Source: an uncultured Desulfarculus sp. (GTDB lineage Bacteria; Desulfobacterota; Desulfarculia; Desulfarculales; Desulfarculaceae). Taken from it: a stretch of 64,000 bases of DNA. Under the pieces are notes generated by a model. That model was not told where the DNA came from. It saw nothing but the letters and a program-made list of their open reading frames with translations, and made no database searches. The position numbers and the translations under genes were made by a program. Positions 1 through 9,829 of the stretch are shown here, in pieces. The DNA lies in contig CAXXUK010000001.1 in assembly GCA_963665125.2 (NCBI GenBank), positions 32,001 to 96,000 on the forward strand, given 5' to 3'. Each line of letters opens with the position of its first letter. Position 1 is the first letter of the stretch.

Positions 1-1485
1 GAAGCATTCACGCCACAACTGACGCCACGGGAGGTGGGCGCGATCACCAGTGTCGCCACCGGCATCGCCAAGGTGTCGGGTCTTCCCGGCGTGGGCTTTG
101 ATGAGTTGGTGACCTTTCCCGGCGATGTGCTCGGTATTGCGTTCAACGTGGACGCGGACGAAATTGGCGTCGTTCTGCTCGGCGAATACTGGCATCTGAG
201 CGCAGGAGATGAAGTCCTACGAACAGGCCGGGTCATGGACGTGGCCGTGGGCGATGGATTGTTGGGTCGGGTGATCGATCCCCTCGGCCGGCCACTCGAT
301 GGCGCCGGACCGGTGGCCTCGGACAAGCGCCTGCCCATCGAACGACCCGCCGCGCCTATCATGGACCGTGCGCCCGTCACGGTGCCTCTCCAGACCGGCA
401 TCAAAGTCATCGATGCGCTCATTCCCGTTGGGCGTGGCCAGCGCGAGTTGATACTCGGCGACCGCCAGACGGGCAAGACCGCCATAGCTATCGACACTAT
501 CCTCAACCAGCGCGACCACCATGTGCTGTGCGTTTATTGCGCCGTCGGTCAGCGCGCGTCCGCCGTCGCAAAGGCCGTGGCAACCTTGCGGGAAAAGGGA
601 GCGATGGATTACACCGTCCTCGTCGTGACCGAGGGTAATGACCCGCCGGGTCTCGCTTACATCGCTCCTTACGCTGCGACCAGCATCGCGGAGTCTTTCA
701 TGGAAACGGGCCGAGACGTGCTGATCGTTTACGACGACCTCACCCATCACGCTCGTGCCTACCGCGAACTCTCTCTCTTGCTGCGCCGTCCGCCTGGTCG
801 AGAAGCGTTTCCCGGCGACATTTTTTATATCCACTCGCGGCTGCTAGAACGTGCGACGCACTTGCGCGAGGAACGCGGGGGCGGTTCGCTTACCGCCCTG
901 CCCATCATCGAGACCGAAGCGCAGAACATCTCCGCCTATATCCCGACCAACCTGATATCTATCACGGATGGGCAAATCTACCTCTCGCCGTCGCTGTTCG
1001 AATTGGGGGTACTGCCTGCGGTCGATGTCGGCAAATCCGTTTCGCGTGTAGGCGGCAAGGCGCAACGGGCGGCCTACCGCGCGGTGGCCGGCGACCTCAA
1101 ACTCGCATATGCACAGTTTGAGGAGCTCGAAACCTTTTCCCGGTTCGGCGCCCGCCTGGATGAAGACACCCGCAAAATCATCACGCACGGACGGCGAATT
1201 CGCGCCTGCCTCAAACAGCCAGAATTCTCCCCGGTGTCCGTGCCTGCGCAAATCACCGTGCTGCTGGCGTTGACCGCCGGACTCCTAGACCATGTGCCGC
1301 TTGACCGGATGACGGACGCCGAGCACACTCTGCGCGAGGCGGCGGCGGATATCCCGGCGGAGGTCCGCAGGCGGCTGGATACCGCCGATAAATTGACCGA
1401 CGAGGATCGTCAAACGATTATCCAAATTGCCGGCAAATCGATTGCTCGCTTCCAGCCCGATCCTGAGCCCGAGGAGAAGTCATGA
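1..1485 (+). CDS. atpA: F1Fo ATP synthase alpha subunit, N-ATPase (alternate) type; 5' end lies outside the window
   Basis: Frame open from base 1; GDRQTGKT Walker [17 protein letters not shown] motifs; followed by atpG and no atpD, as in the N-ATPase gene order. Confidence 0.95.
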   Translation, partial: EAFTPQLTPREVGAITSVATGIAKVSGLPGVGFDELVTFPGDVLGIAFNVDADEIGVVLLGEYWHLSAGDEVLRTGRVMDVAVGDGLLGRVIDPLGRPLDGAGPVASDKRLPIERPAAPIMDRAPVTVPLQTGIKVIDALIPVGRGQRELILGDRQTGKTAIAIDTILNQRDHHVLCVYCAVGQRASAVAKAVATLREKGAMDYTVLVVTEGNDPPGLAYIAPYAATSIAESFMETGRDVLIVYDDLTHHARAYRELSLLLRRPPGREAFPGDIFYIHSRLLERATHLREERGGGSLTALPIIETEAQNISAYIPTNLISITDGQIYLSPSLFELGVLPAVDVGKSVSRVGGKAQRAAYRAVAGDLKLAYAQFEELETFSRFGARLDEDTRKIITHGRRIRACLKQPEFSPVSVPAQITVLLALTAGLLDHVPLDRMTDAEHTLREAAADIPAEVRRRLDTADKLTDEDRQTIIQIAGKSIARFQPDPEPEEKS

Positions 1486-2375
1486 GCGAGACCACGGCGA
1501 GTCTGCGCCGAAAGATTGGCGGTGCCGGGGATCTCCAATCGGTCGTCCGCACGATGAAGGCCGTGGCCGCCGCGAGCATCGGGCAATACGAAAAATCGGT
1601 GCGCGCGTTGGCCGACTACTATCGCACGGTGCAGCTGGGTTTGGGAGCATGCTTGCGAAAAAGCGGGTCGGCGCCCTTGATTGCAGAACGGAAAAGACAA
1701 ACAGTTGCGGCTGCGATTGGCGCGGTCGTGTTCGGTTCAGACCAGGGACTGGTAGGTCAATTTAATGATGTGGTGGCCGATTATGCGGTCAAGGCGCTGG
1801 CAGCTCTGCCGGCCAAACCCGAGGTCTGGGCCGTCGGTGAACGCGTTCATGCGCGCCTGTCAGACGCGGGCCTGCCGATTTTGGGGCTCTTTACCGTGCC
1901 GAACTCCGTCAAGGCCATTACCCCGCTCGTCGGGCAGGTTCTCATGGAGAGCGAGATGCGCCGCAGTCATGGTGAAATCAGCGAACTCCACCTCTTCTAC
2001 AACCGCCCTAAGTCCGGAGCGGTTTATACGCCCGTCAGTCAGCGGCTGCTGCCGCTGGACGAAAACTGGCGAAGCAAACTGGCCGAACTCCCCTGGCCGA
2101 CTGGAAACTTGCCCGAGGTCATGGGTGGCGGCACCGCGTCCCTGCGAGCGCTCATCCGCGAATATCTTTTCGTCTCGCTATTCCGGGCGTGCGCCGAATC
2201 TCTTGCGAGCGAGAACGCGAGTCGCCTGGCGGCGATGCAACGCGCCGACAAAAATATTGATGAATTGCTAGAGGACCTCAACAGGACATTCCATCGTTTG
2301 CGCCAGAGTGGTATCGACGAAGAACTGTTCGATGTCATCTCTGGCTTCGAAGCATTGAGTGGAGAGAGAAAATGA
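1482..2375 (+). CDS. atpG: F1Fo ATP synthase gamma subunit, N-ATPase type
   Basis: [44 protein letters not shown] motifs; ATGA overlap with atpA. Confidence 0.95.
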   Translation: MSETTASLRRKIGGAGDLQSVVRTMKAVAAASIGQYEKSVRALADYYRTVQLGLGACLRKSGSAPLIAERKRQTVAAAIGAVVFGSDQGLVGQFNDVVADYAVKALAALPAKPEVWAVGERVHARLSDAGLPILGLFTVPNSVKAITPLVGQVLMESEMRRSHGEISELHLFYNRPKSGAVYTPVSQRLLPLDENWRSKLAELPWPTGNLPEVMGGGTASLRALIREYLFVSLFRACAESLASENASRLAAMQRADKNIDELLEDLNRTFHRLRQSGIDEELFDVISGFEALSGERK

Positions 2376-2432
2376 TGCGCATTGGCCTAGCTGCAGACCC
2401 TGGCGAGTTTGAGCTGTAAGCACAACTGATTT
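2372..2432 (+). pseudogene. Remnant of the N-terminus of an RpiB/LacA-LacB sugar-phosphate isomerase
   Basis: Translates [19 protein letters not shown], resembling the RpiB start MRIGIAADHGGFELK; ATGA overlap with the atpG stop; in-frame stops follow. Confidence 0.6.
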
Positions 2433-2697
2433 AAAGAGTCCCGAACGGTTCAGGCACCGTGTTGCGAAAATGACGGAGGTGGAAAGAGGCAAAAGTCTTA
2501 ATAGGGTAAAGAACCGCTGGGCGCCAATGTAGAAATAGAAAAATGTCAATAATAAATTGCGGACCAAGGCCATTAACTTGATAGTTATTTCGCATCCTTA
2601 AGGATGGGAGTTAAGGTATTGGGCTCTTAAGTTAATGACATTGGCTATGAATAGAGGAGATGGACAGTAGGATCCTAATTGAAAAACGAGGAGCGTA

Positions 2698-5379
2698 ATG
2701 GGGCAATACAATCTTGAATGCATCTTTAAACCGCAACATGTTGCTGTGGTGGGCGCTAGCGAAAAAACGGGGACCATCGGCAATGCGTTGATGAGAAATC
2801 TTATTGACGGCAAATTCTCTGGAACATTATTGCCGGTGAATCCCAAATATAAAAACATCCACGGGCATGAGTGCTTCGGATCGGTTTCCGCCCTGGAGAC
2901 CAGCGTGGACCTTGTGATTATAGCCACGCCGATTCTTGGTGTTGCCGACATCGTGAGTGAATGCGTCGAGCAAAAGGTCGGTGGGGCCATTATTATTTCG
3001 GCGGGGGGGAAAGAAGTCGGTGAGCAGGGCAGAGAGATAGAAGAAAAGATTCAACGGATAGCTCATGCCGGCGGGCTTCGCATCGTGGGGCCGAACTGTA
3101 TGGGCGTCATCCGACCCGGCGTAAACCTCAACGCCAGTTTTGCAACCGAAATGCCCGCGACCGGTAATCTGGCCTTTGTATCCCAAAGCGGTGCCATTTG
3201 TTCGGCAATTCTTGATCTGGCTTTCAAGGAACGTATCGGCTTTAGCCATTTTGTCAGCATCGGCTCCATGCTGGACGTCGATTTTGGAGACATGATCGAC
3301 TATCTCGGCAATGATTCCTCGGCCAAAAGCATCCTGTTGTATATCGAAAGCCTAACGAATTTCCGCAAATTCATGAGCGCAGCGCGTTCCGTCTCCCGGA
3401 TTAAACCTATCATCGTCCTCAAATCCGGCAGAAGTCCCGCCGGGGCAAGGGCAGCGGCCTCCCACACCGGCGCCATGGCTGGAGAAGATGCGGTCTATGA
3501 CGCTGCCTTCAAGCGCGCCGGCATCGTGCGCGTGGACACCATCGAAGAACTTTTCGACTGCGCAGAACTGATGGCCAAGCAGCCGCTCCCTCGCGGCCCC
3601 CGGCTGGCGATCCTTACCAATGGAGGTGGGCCGGGGGTGATGGCCACCGACACGCTCGCCCGGTATGGCCAGGAGCCCGCGCCCCTCGACCATCAAATGC
3701 TGCAAGCCTTCGATGCATTCCTGCCGTCCTTCTGGAGCCGGGGCAATCCCATCGACATTTTGGGTGACGCTTCCGCCGAGCGCTTCGGCCAGGCCTTGGA
3801 GGTCTGCCTCAAATCGAAGAATCTGGACGGGGTGCTGGTCATCCTTGCACCCCAGGCGCTTACCGATCCCCTTGCTGTGGCCGAAACCCTGGCCGCTGCG
3901 ATGCGGGACCGCCTTTTCCCTGCATTTGCCTGCTGGATGGGCGGTAAACGCATCGCCACAGCCGTTGACGTGTTGAATGCGGCGGGAATCCCGACCTACG
4001 ACACGCCGGAACGCGCGGTCCGGGCATTTTTATACATGGTGGAATATGCCAGAAACCTCGAAATGCTGTTGGAAGTCCCACCGAAGATGACAGGTCACAT
4101 GGTCTTCGATCAGGAAAAAGCCCGCAAGTTGATCGCTGCTGCGTCGGCTCAGGAATTTCTGCCGGAAACGGATTCTAAGGAAATACTCGCAGCCTACGGC
4201 CTGCCCGTGATCAGGACGGAAATCGCCGAGACCCCGGCGCAAGCCTCGCGTATAGGCCGTGAAATGGGATACCCATTGGTCATGAAGGTGCACTCTGGGG
4301 ACATCACCCACAAAACTGATGCCGGCGGCATTCGTCTGGATTTGCGTTGTGATGAAGATGTTTGCGAAGCCTTCAAGCAGATCACTGCATCCGTAAGACA
4401 TCATAAACCCGATGCCCGGATTGAGGGGGTGACGATTCAGCCCTATTTTTCAAACCCGGATTTTGAAATATTGATGGGCGCTAAGCGGGACCCGAATTTT
4501 GGTCCTGTGATTCTTTTCGGCATGGGCGGAATTAACACGGAAGTCTTAAAAGACAGGGCATTGGGACTTCCTCCCATGAACCGATTGCTGGCCCGGCGGT
4601 TGATGGAGGAAACCAAAGTCTACTCCCTGCTGCAAGGATTCCGCAACCGCCCCGCCGCCGATATGGAGCGACTCGAAGAAATGATAATCCGACTATCGGA
4701 ACTCCTGATTGATTTCCCTGAAATTGCCGAACTCGACATGAATCCCGTTCTGATCAAGGACGGAAAACCCGTCGCTGTCGATGCCCGCATCCTCGTTTTG
4801 CCGCTTGCGGTGCCGTCCTCCCTGCATCTGGTGATTGGCCCTTATCCGGATGAGGATGAATCCCATATGGTCAGCATGGATGGGCACCGCTTTTTTGTAC
4901 GACCCATTAAGCCCGAGGACGCACCCCTTTTGACGGCGTTGTTTAATACGCTTTCGCCCACGACTATTTACTATCGTTTTTTCGGCAGGTTAAAGGAATT
5001 AAACCCAGAAATGCTGGCGCGGTTCACCCAAATCGATTACGACCGGGAGATCGCCCTGGTGGCCATCGATGAGGACTCACCGGCTGACAACATACTGGGG
5101 GTTGCCAGAATTATTGGCGATGCGGATGGCAAGACGGGTGAATTCGCCGTTCTGGTGGGCGATTCCTGGCAAGGCAAGGGCATCGGGGGCAATCTGCTTG
5201 AAAAGTGCCTCTCAATTGCCGAAAAGCAGGGATTCAAAACGGTTCATGGCATCGTATTAAAAGAGAATAGGAACATGCTCGCGTTGGGGAAAAAGCTGGG
5301 TTTTGAGGCAAAACCAGACCTGGATTCCGGAGAGAATCGGCTGGATATTCATTTCGTAGGGAAGCAACCATCATATTAG
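2698..5379 (+). CDS. Bifunctional acetate--CoA ligase-like / GNAT protein lysine acetyltransferase (Pat family)
   Basis: CoA-binding N-terminus (VAVVGASEK, GPNCMG, SQSGA, ASHTGA), ATP-grasp domain, C-terminal GNAT (QIDYDRE, WQGKGIG). Confidence 0.92.
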   Translation: MGQYNLECIFKPQHVAVVGASEKTGTIGNALMRNLIDGKFSGTLLPVNPKYKNIHGHECFGSVSALETSVDLVIIATPILGVADIVSECVEQKVGGAIIISAGGKEVGEQGREIEEKIQRIAHAGGLRIVGPNCMGVIRPGVNLNASFATEMPATGNLAFVSQSGAICSAILDLAFKERIGFSHFVSIGSMLDVDFGDMIDYLGNDSSAKSILLYIESLTNFRKFMSAARSVSRIKPIIVLKSGRSPAGARAAASHTGAMAGEDAVYDAAFKRAGIVRVDTIEELFDCAELMAKQPLPRGPRLAILTNGGGPGVMATDTLARYGQEPAPLDHQMLQAFDAFLPSFWSRGNPIDILGDASAERFGQALEVCLKSKNLDGVLVILAPQALTDPLAVAETLAAAMRDRLFPAFACWMGGKRIATAVDVLNAAGIPTYDTPERAVRAFLYMVEYARNLEMLLEVPPKMTGHMVFDQEKARKLIAAASAQEFLPETDSKEILAAYGLPVIRTEIAETPAQASRIGREMGYPLVMKVHSGDITHKTDAGGIRLDLRCDEDVCEAFKQITASVRHHKPDARIEGVTIQPYFSNPDFEILMGAKRDPNFGPVILFGMGGINTEVLKDRALGLPPMNRLLARRLMEETKVYSLLQGFRNRPAADMERLEEMIIRLSELLIDFPEIAELDMNPVLIKDGKPVAVDARILVLPLAVPSSLHLVIGPYPDEDESHMVSMDGHRFFVRPIKPEDAPLLTALFNTLSPTTIYYRFFGRLKELNPEMLARFTQIDYDREIALVAIDEDSPADNILGVARIIGDADGKTGEFAVLVGDSWQGKGIGGNLLEKCLSIAEKQGFKTVHGIVLKENRNMLALGKKLGFEAKPDLDSGENRLDIHFVGKQPSY

Positions 5380-5391
5380 TCCAGTAAACCA

Positions 5392-5535
5392 CGGCCCCTG
5401 GTAACAGAAGCGGCCAAGGAGATCGGTCCCTTTACGATAGCCGTGGTAACCACACCCTTTGATTTCGAGGGCAGGCGCTGCCTACGGCGAGCACAGGAAG
5501 GTTTGGCGATCCTCAAAAAGGTGATCTTCCAGTGA
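5392..5535 (+). pseudogene. Internal fragment of an ftsZ-like gene
   Basis: Frame at 5401 reads VTEAAKEIGPFTIAVVTTPFDFEGRRCLRRAQEGLAILKKV, matching the FtsZ AVVTxPFxFEG..R..A.EG segment; no start codon and no remainder of the gene. Confidence 0.7.
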
Positions 5536-6227
5536 AGAACAAGCTTATCCAAACGTGGTTGGCGGTGCGCTACAGCCTTTGGTTCGTTCCAGGGATGCTG
5601 AGCGCCGGGGCCTGCATCCTGGCCCTGTGCGCCGTGCAGGTCGACCAAATACTAGCGCGGAATGAAATCCCCAACTTCTGGTGGCTCTACAACGGCACCC
5701 CGGCAGGCGCCCGGGCTCTGCTTTCTACTATCGCCGGTTCCATGATAACCGTGGCCGGTGTTGTTTTTTCCCTCACCATGGTGGTGCTCAGCCTCACTTC
5801 CAGCCAGTTCGGCCCCCGCCTGGTGCGCAACTTCATGGACGACACCGGCAACCAGTTGGTGCTGGGAACCTTTGTGGCCACCTTTTCATATTGCTTGATC
5901 GTGCTGCACACCATTGAGGGCGCCAGTAAAAATGTGCATGCGCCTCATCTTTCGGTAACCATGGGGGTAGGGTTGGCCCTGACCAGCTCGGCAGTGTTGA
6001 TTTTTTTCATACACCATATCGCGGCATCCATACTAGCCAACAACCTACTGGCTCGCGTGGGTCGGGAGCTGGAAGAAACCATAAAAAGGCTCTATCCCCA
6101 AGAATCGGATGGAAAAAACCGGCAGGATCACAGCCCCGCAGCCCCAACCCTTCCCCAGGGATTCGACCAGCGGGCAGCGGTGCTTTGGTCCCATCAAAAC
6201 GGATATATCACTATGATCGACCAGTGA
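5532..6227 (+). pseudogene. DUF2254-family membrane protein, truncated by IS3 insertion
   Basis: SLWFVP, LSTIAGSMITV, SSQFGPRL, FFIHHIA motifs; its stop codon TGA is the first three bases of the IS3 left end. Confidence 0.8.
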
Positions 6228-6337
6228 TCCAGCCCAGTTTTGACGGACACACTATAAAGATGTGATGAGTGTGGTCATCCCCCCAGTTTGGGATAATGGT
6301 CTTGGAAAACAAAGGACCACTAACCGGAGGGAAGACC

Positions 6338-7372
6338 ATGATTTATGTTGGCATGGACGTACACAAGAAGACCACCACCTATTGCGCCATCGACGAAGAG
6401 GGCAAGGTGAATCGCCGTGCTACGGTTCCCAGCGATGAAGCAGGCTGGCTCGGAGCAGTGCAAGATTGGCTTTCTGGTGGTGTAGAAGTAGCCCTTGAGA
6501 CCGGATGTATGACTTGGTGGGCGGTTGATGTTCTTCGTGAGTCCGGAATTGAACCCGTTGTGGTTGATGCCCGCCAGTTCAAGATGATCGCGGACAGCAA
6601 GAAAAAGAGTGACCGCCACGATGCCAGAGCGCTTGCCGAAGGTCTGCGTGGTGGTTTGGCGCAACGGATTGCGGTAAGCGTTCCAGACCAAAAGACTCGC
6701 CGTGCCAGGGCTTTGATGCAAACCAGGCAGCACGTTTTAAAGCAACGTAACATGAGCATAAACATGGCGAAGGCAATGCCGCGTTCGGTCGGTGTTGAGC
6801 TAAAAAAGAGTCAGTGGCCTAAAGAGCAACATTGGGAAACAGTACTGGACAATCCGGCAGTTCCCTTGTGGATGAAGCCGCTTTTGGCAACCCATCGCAG
6901 CATCTGGGAGCACCTTGAAAGGCAAAAGCAAGACATTGATGCCATGATCAATCAGGAGTTGTGTGATTGGCCGGAAGCAGAGTTGCTATATGAAATGCCT
7001 GGTTTCGGCCCCATTGTCACCATGGGTATTCTGAGCGGAATAGGGGATGTGAACCGGTTTAAGCGTGCAAATCAACTAGCCAGCTATGCGGGCTTGATCC
7101 CATCTTCCCGTGACAGCGGTTCCGTACAGCGCCGGGGTGGGATAACCAGGCAGGGCCGCAGCTTGATGCGCCACTTTTCGGTCCAGGCGGCCTGGGCGGC
7201 ACTGCGAAGTAAAAGTCTCACGCCGTCTTTGCGCAAATGGGCCAAAAGGCTGATCGTAAAACGGGGCAGGAAGGTGGCGGCGGTAGCTCTGGCCAGAAGG
7301 TTGTTAGTGTTGGCGTACAAATTCTTGAAAACCGGTGAAGTTTATAACCCAGCATATCCTGCTTCAGTTTGA
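6338..7372 (+). CDS. IS110-family DEDD transposase/recombinase
   Basis: YVGMDVHK, ALETG, KSDRHDA acidic tetrad; SYAGLIPSSRDSG C-terminal motif; GGAGG ribosome-binding site before ATG 6338. Confidence 0.95.
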   Translation: MIYVGMDVHKKTTTYCAIDEEGKVNRRATVPSDEAGWLGAVQDWLSGGVEVALETGCMTWWAVDVLRESGIEPVVVDARQFKMIADSKKKSDRHDARALAEGLRGGLAQRIAVSVPDQKTRRARALMQTRQHVLKQRNMSINMAKAMPRSVGVELKKSQWPKEQHWETVLDNPAVPLWMKPLLATHRSIWEHLERQKQDIDAMINQELCDWPEAELLYEMPGFGPIVTMGILSGIGDVNRFKRANQLASYAGLIPSSRDSGSVQRRGGITRQGRSLMRHFSVQAAWAALRSKSLTPSLRKWAKRLIVKRGRKVAAVALARRLLVLAYKFLKTGEVYNPAYPASV

Positions 7373-7379
7373 GAATATA

Positions 7380-7610
7380 GATAAACAACTTTAAACGGCA
7401 AATAATGCAAACACGCTTTTCGGGGATTGGCGTTGAACCTGGCTACTCGCTTGTAGCCGTAACTACGTGATTAAGATTAGGAACGCCGATTCTCGATCTA
7501 CATCCATGCGCCACGAAATGCTGAGCGCGAAGAGAAGCTTGAAGGCGTGATTGCTCATTATTTGTGCCTATACCCAAAAAGGGAAAAGGCTATTACTGGA
7601 TTTCTTCCTT
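7380..7610 (+). ncRNA. Putative seek/bridge guide RNA region of the IS1111-type element
   Basis: About 250 bp non-coding region with hairpins (GGCTAC/GTAGCC, TGAGC/GCTCA) and 9-nt matches to the reconstructed target site; RNA boundaries are approximate. Confidence 0.55.
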
Positions 7611-7664
7611 GACCAAATGGACCACACTCAGAGAAGCGAGTAAATTGCTTAACGGAGGTGTTCG

Positions 7665-7964
7665 ATGTCATCACAGAAGAGCCAGAAGAAATCCACCAGG
7701 CGGCACTATTCGCCGGAGTTTAAGACCGAAGCCCTGGGCTTGGCTGAGCAGGTGGGCGTGGCTGGTGCGGCCAAGCAGTTAGGTCTGCATGAGTCCCAGG
7801 TTTACGCTTGGCGGAAGAAGGCCCGCTATGAGGCCAGCCGCAGTGAGACCGAAAAGGAATTGGAGATCGAAAACGCCAAGTTGAAGCGGCAGTTGGCCAA
7901 GAAAGAAGAGGAGTTGGCCATATTAAAAAAGGCCGCGGCGTACTTCGCGAAAAGCCTGAAGTGA
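7665..7964 (+). CDS. IS3 transposase OrfA
   Basis: RRHYSPEFK, HTH, leucine zipper, ILKKAAAYFAK; GTGA overlap with orfB. Confidence 0.92.
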   Translation: MSSQKSQKKSTRRHYSPEFKTEALGLAEQVGVAGAAKQLGLHESQVYAWRKKARYEASRSETEKELEIENAKLKRQLAKKEEELAILKKAAAYFAKSLK

Positions 7965-8828
7965 AGTACGCGTTCATGCAGCAAAACGCAGGCACATACA
8001 GCGTCACGGCGCAATCCGAGGCCTTTGGCGTATCACGTGGCGGGTATTATGGCTGGCGGCGCAGGCTGCAAAATCCCAGTCAGAGGCAGATGGAGCGTGA
8101 GAGGCTCGATCACCTGGTGAAAGAAGCCTTTGAAGTTCGCAAGGGCCGTAGCGGAGCAGTTGGGCTGACTCTCGACCTTGATGAGCAAGGCCGTAAATAC
8201 AACCGCAAAACAGTGGCCAAGAGCATGAATAGACAGGGCCTGGTGGCTAAAGCGGCTAGGAAGTTCAAAGCCACCACGGATTCGGATCACGGTATGCCGG
8301 TGGCTCCAAGTCTGTTGGCCCAGGACTTTAGTGCAATCGCTCCAAATCAGAAGTGGGTCTGTGATATCACTTACCTTTGGACCGGCGAGGGCTGGTTGTA
8401 TCTGGCGGTGGTGCTCGACCTGTTTTCGCGCATGGTGGTGGGCTGGGCCATGGATAAGCGCATGAAGGCCGATTTGGTCTGTGACGCCTTGCAGATGGCC
8501 TTGTGGCGACGGTATATACCAAAGGATGTGCTGGTTCATTCGGATCGTGGCAGCCAGTACTGCTCCAGGAAATACCAAGCCCTTTTGACCAGGCATGAAC
8601 TGGTTTGCAGCATGAGCGGCAAGGACCGGGGTCCCCGCAAATCTTTGATTTGTGGGGTGTCGGGCAACTGTTACGACAACGCCGTGGCCGAAAGCTTCTT
8701 CCATACCCTCAAGGTGGAAATGATCCACGGTGAGCACTTCGCCACCCGCCAGGATATGCGCCGGACTGTATTCGAGTATATCGAGGTTGACTACAACCGA
8801 AACAGGAGACACAGTGCCAACGGATACA
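7961..8828 (+). pseudogene. IS3 transposase OrfB (DDE) with a 13-codon insertion and truncated C-terminus
   Basis: WVCDITY, HSDRGSQY, GNCYDNAVAESFF, YNRNRRHS; homology ends at HSANGY. Confidence 0.88.
8624..8662. repeat. 39-bp palindromic insertion (REP/MITE-like) inside IS3 orfB
   Basis: CCCCGCAAATC-TTT-GATTTGTGGGG hairpin splitting the conserved SMSGK|GNCYDN motif in frame. Confidence 0.75.
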
Positions 8829-9282
8829 GCGGTGGACCCCATCGTGCCCCAGGAGATCACCATCACCCGCATGGCCGTGGAAACGGCCAAAGAGGCTGAA
8901 AGCCAGGGCGGCGACAACCGCACCATGGGCCCGCAAGCACATCGTGCCCTACGGACTGTACCGGGCCGAGGGTTATATCAGTGCGCCCCTGGCCGAAAAG
9001 ACCGGCTTTAATGACGAAGACGTGGAAATGCTCTGGGAGGCCTTGGCCAACATGTTCGACCATGACCATTCCGCCGCACGGGGCAAGATGGCCGCCCGCC
9101 GCCTCATCGTGTTCAAGCACGATGGCCGCATGGGTAACGCCCCGGCCCACAAGCTGTTTGAGTTAGTCACGTTTAAGAAGAAAGAAGGATTGGAAGGGCC
9201 GCCCCGCAGCTTTGAGGACTATAAAGAGAAGATAGACCGCAACGCCGTGCCCGCCGGGGTGAGTCTGGAGGAAATGATCTAG
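8829..9282 (+). pseudogene. cas7: Type I-C Cas7 (Csd2), C-terminal half, frameshifted near 8931
   Basis: QEITITRMAV, RTMG/RKHIVPYGLY, MFDHDHSAARG, GNAPAHKLF, PPRSFEDY. Confidence 0.9.
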
Positions 9283-9302
9283 AGAGGCATCGCCCCTGGG
9301 CG

Positions 9303-9664
9303 GGGGATGCTCGTCCAGGGGCGTGGGTTGAAACGAGAACGGGCGCTGGTAGCTGCCAACCCGGCTTACATCGCTCCTCGTGCGAGGGCGTGGATTGAAA
9401 CGAGGGCTGGCTGGCCAACGGCGGCGTTGTTCACGGGTCGCCCTCCGTGCGGGGGCGTGGGTTGAAACTCCACGCGGGCGGCGTGATGGCCGTCTTCGTC
9501 TGGTCGCCCCTCGTGCGGGGGCTTGGGTTGAAACTGCGCGTATCCATGTGGCTGGATGCGGTATAAAGTCGCCCCTCGTGCAGGGGCGTGGATTGAAACC
9601 TTTGCCGCCGTCTTGCTGGCCGGAACAGTCGGGTCGCCCCTCGTGCAGGGGCGTGGATTGAAAC
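9303..9664 (+). CRISPR. Type I-C CRISPR array: 6 repeats of 32 bp, 5 spacers of 33-35 bp
   Basis: Repeats near GTCGCCCCTCGTGCRGGGGCGTGGRTTGAAAC start at 9303 (degenerate), 9370, 9437, 9503, 9568 and 9633. Confidence 0.95.
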
Positions 9665-9738
9665 TTATTAATGCTGTATTGCACGTTGCATTTTGTCTCC
9701 AGTTAAACTTGTCGGCTACAAGTTGCCCTCACCAAACC

Positions 9739-9767
9739 TAGACTCTTTAGCCCTCATCCGCTACAAT
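9739..9767 (+). promoter_or_regulatory. Sigma70-like promoter of the tyrosine recombinase
   Basis: TAGACT-N17-TACAAT. Confidence 0.55.
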
Positions 9768-9783
9768 ATAAATGCCTAATATT

Positions 9784-9811
9784 ACGAAACATAAAGCTAG
9801 TTATGCATCCC
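9784..9811. other. dif-like tyrosine recombinase crossover site
   Basis: ACGAAACATAA-AGCTAG-TTATGCATCCC: 11-6-11 layout with inverted CATAA/TTATG. Confidence 0.6.
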
Positions 9812-9829
9812 ATATTTCATCCCTGATTC

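Larger units (their letters stand above)
6258..7632 (+). mobile_element. IS110-family element, IS1111 subtype
   Basis: Sub-terminal inverted repeats GAGTGTGGTC (6267-6276) / GACCACACTC (7620-7629); AGA at both junctions; long non-coding region 3' of the transposase. Confidence 0.85.
6225..8828 (+). mobile_element. IS3-family element: left end interrupted by IS110, right end deleted
   Basis: Left end TGATCCAGCCCAGTTTTGACGGACAC at 6225-6250; orfA and orfB downstream; no right inverted repeat, and orfB runs into cas7 sequence. Confidence 0.85.

Noticed and set aside
8829..8899. His-rich tail on IS3 OrfB as a functional extension
   Set aside because: It is out-of-frame read-through into cas7 after the deletion junction.
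9335..9632. Self-targeting of CRISPR spacers within the window
   Set aside because: By eye I found only matches of about 10 nt or less (e.g. CTGGTAGCTG near 25051), which are expected by chance. The search was not exhaustive.
9163..9741. ORFs crossing the CRISPR array
   Set aside because: They are translations of repeats and spacers.
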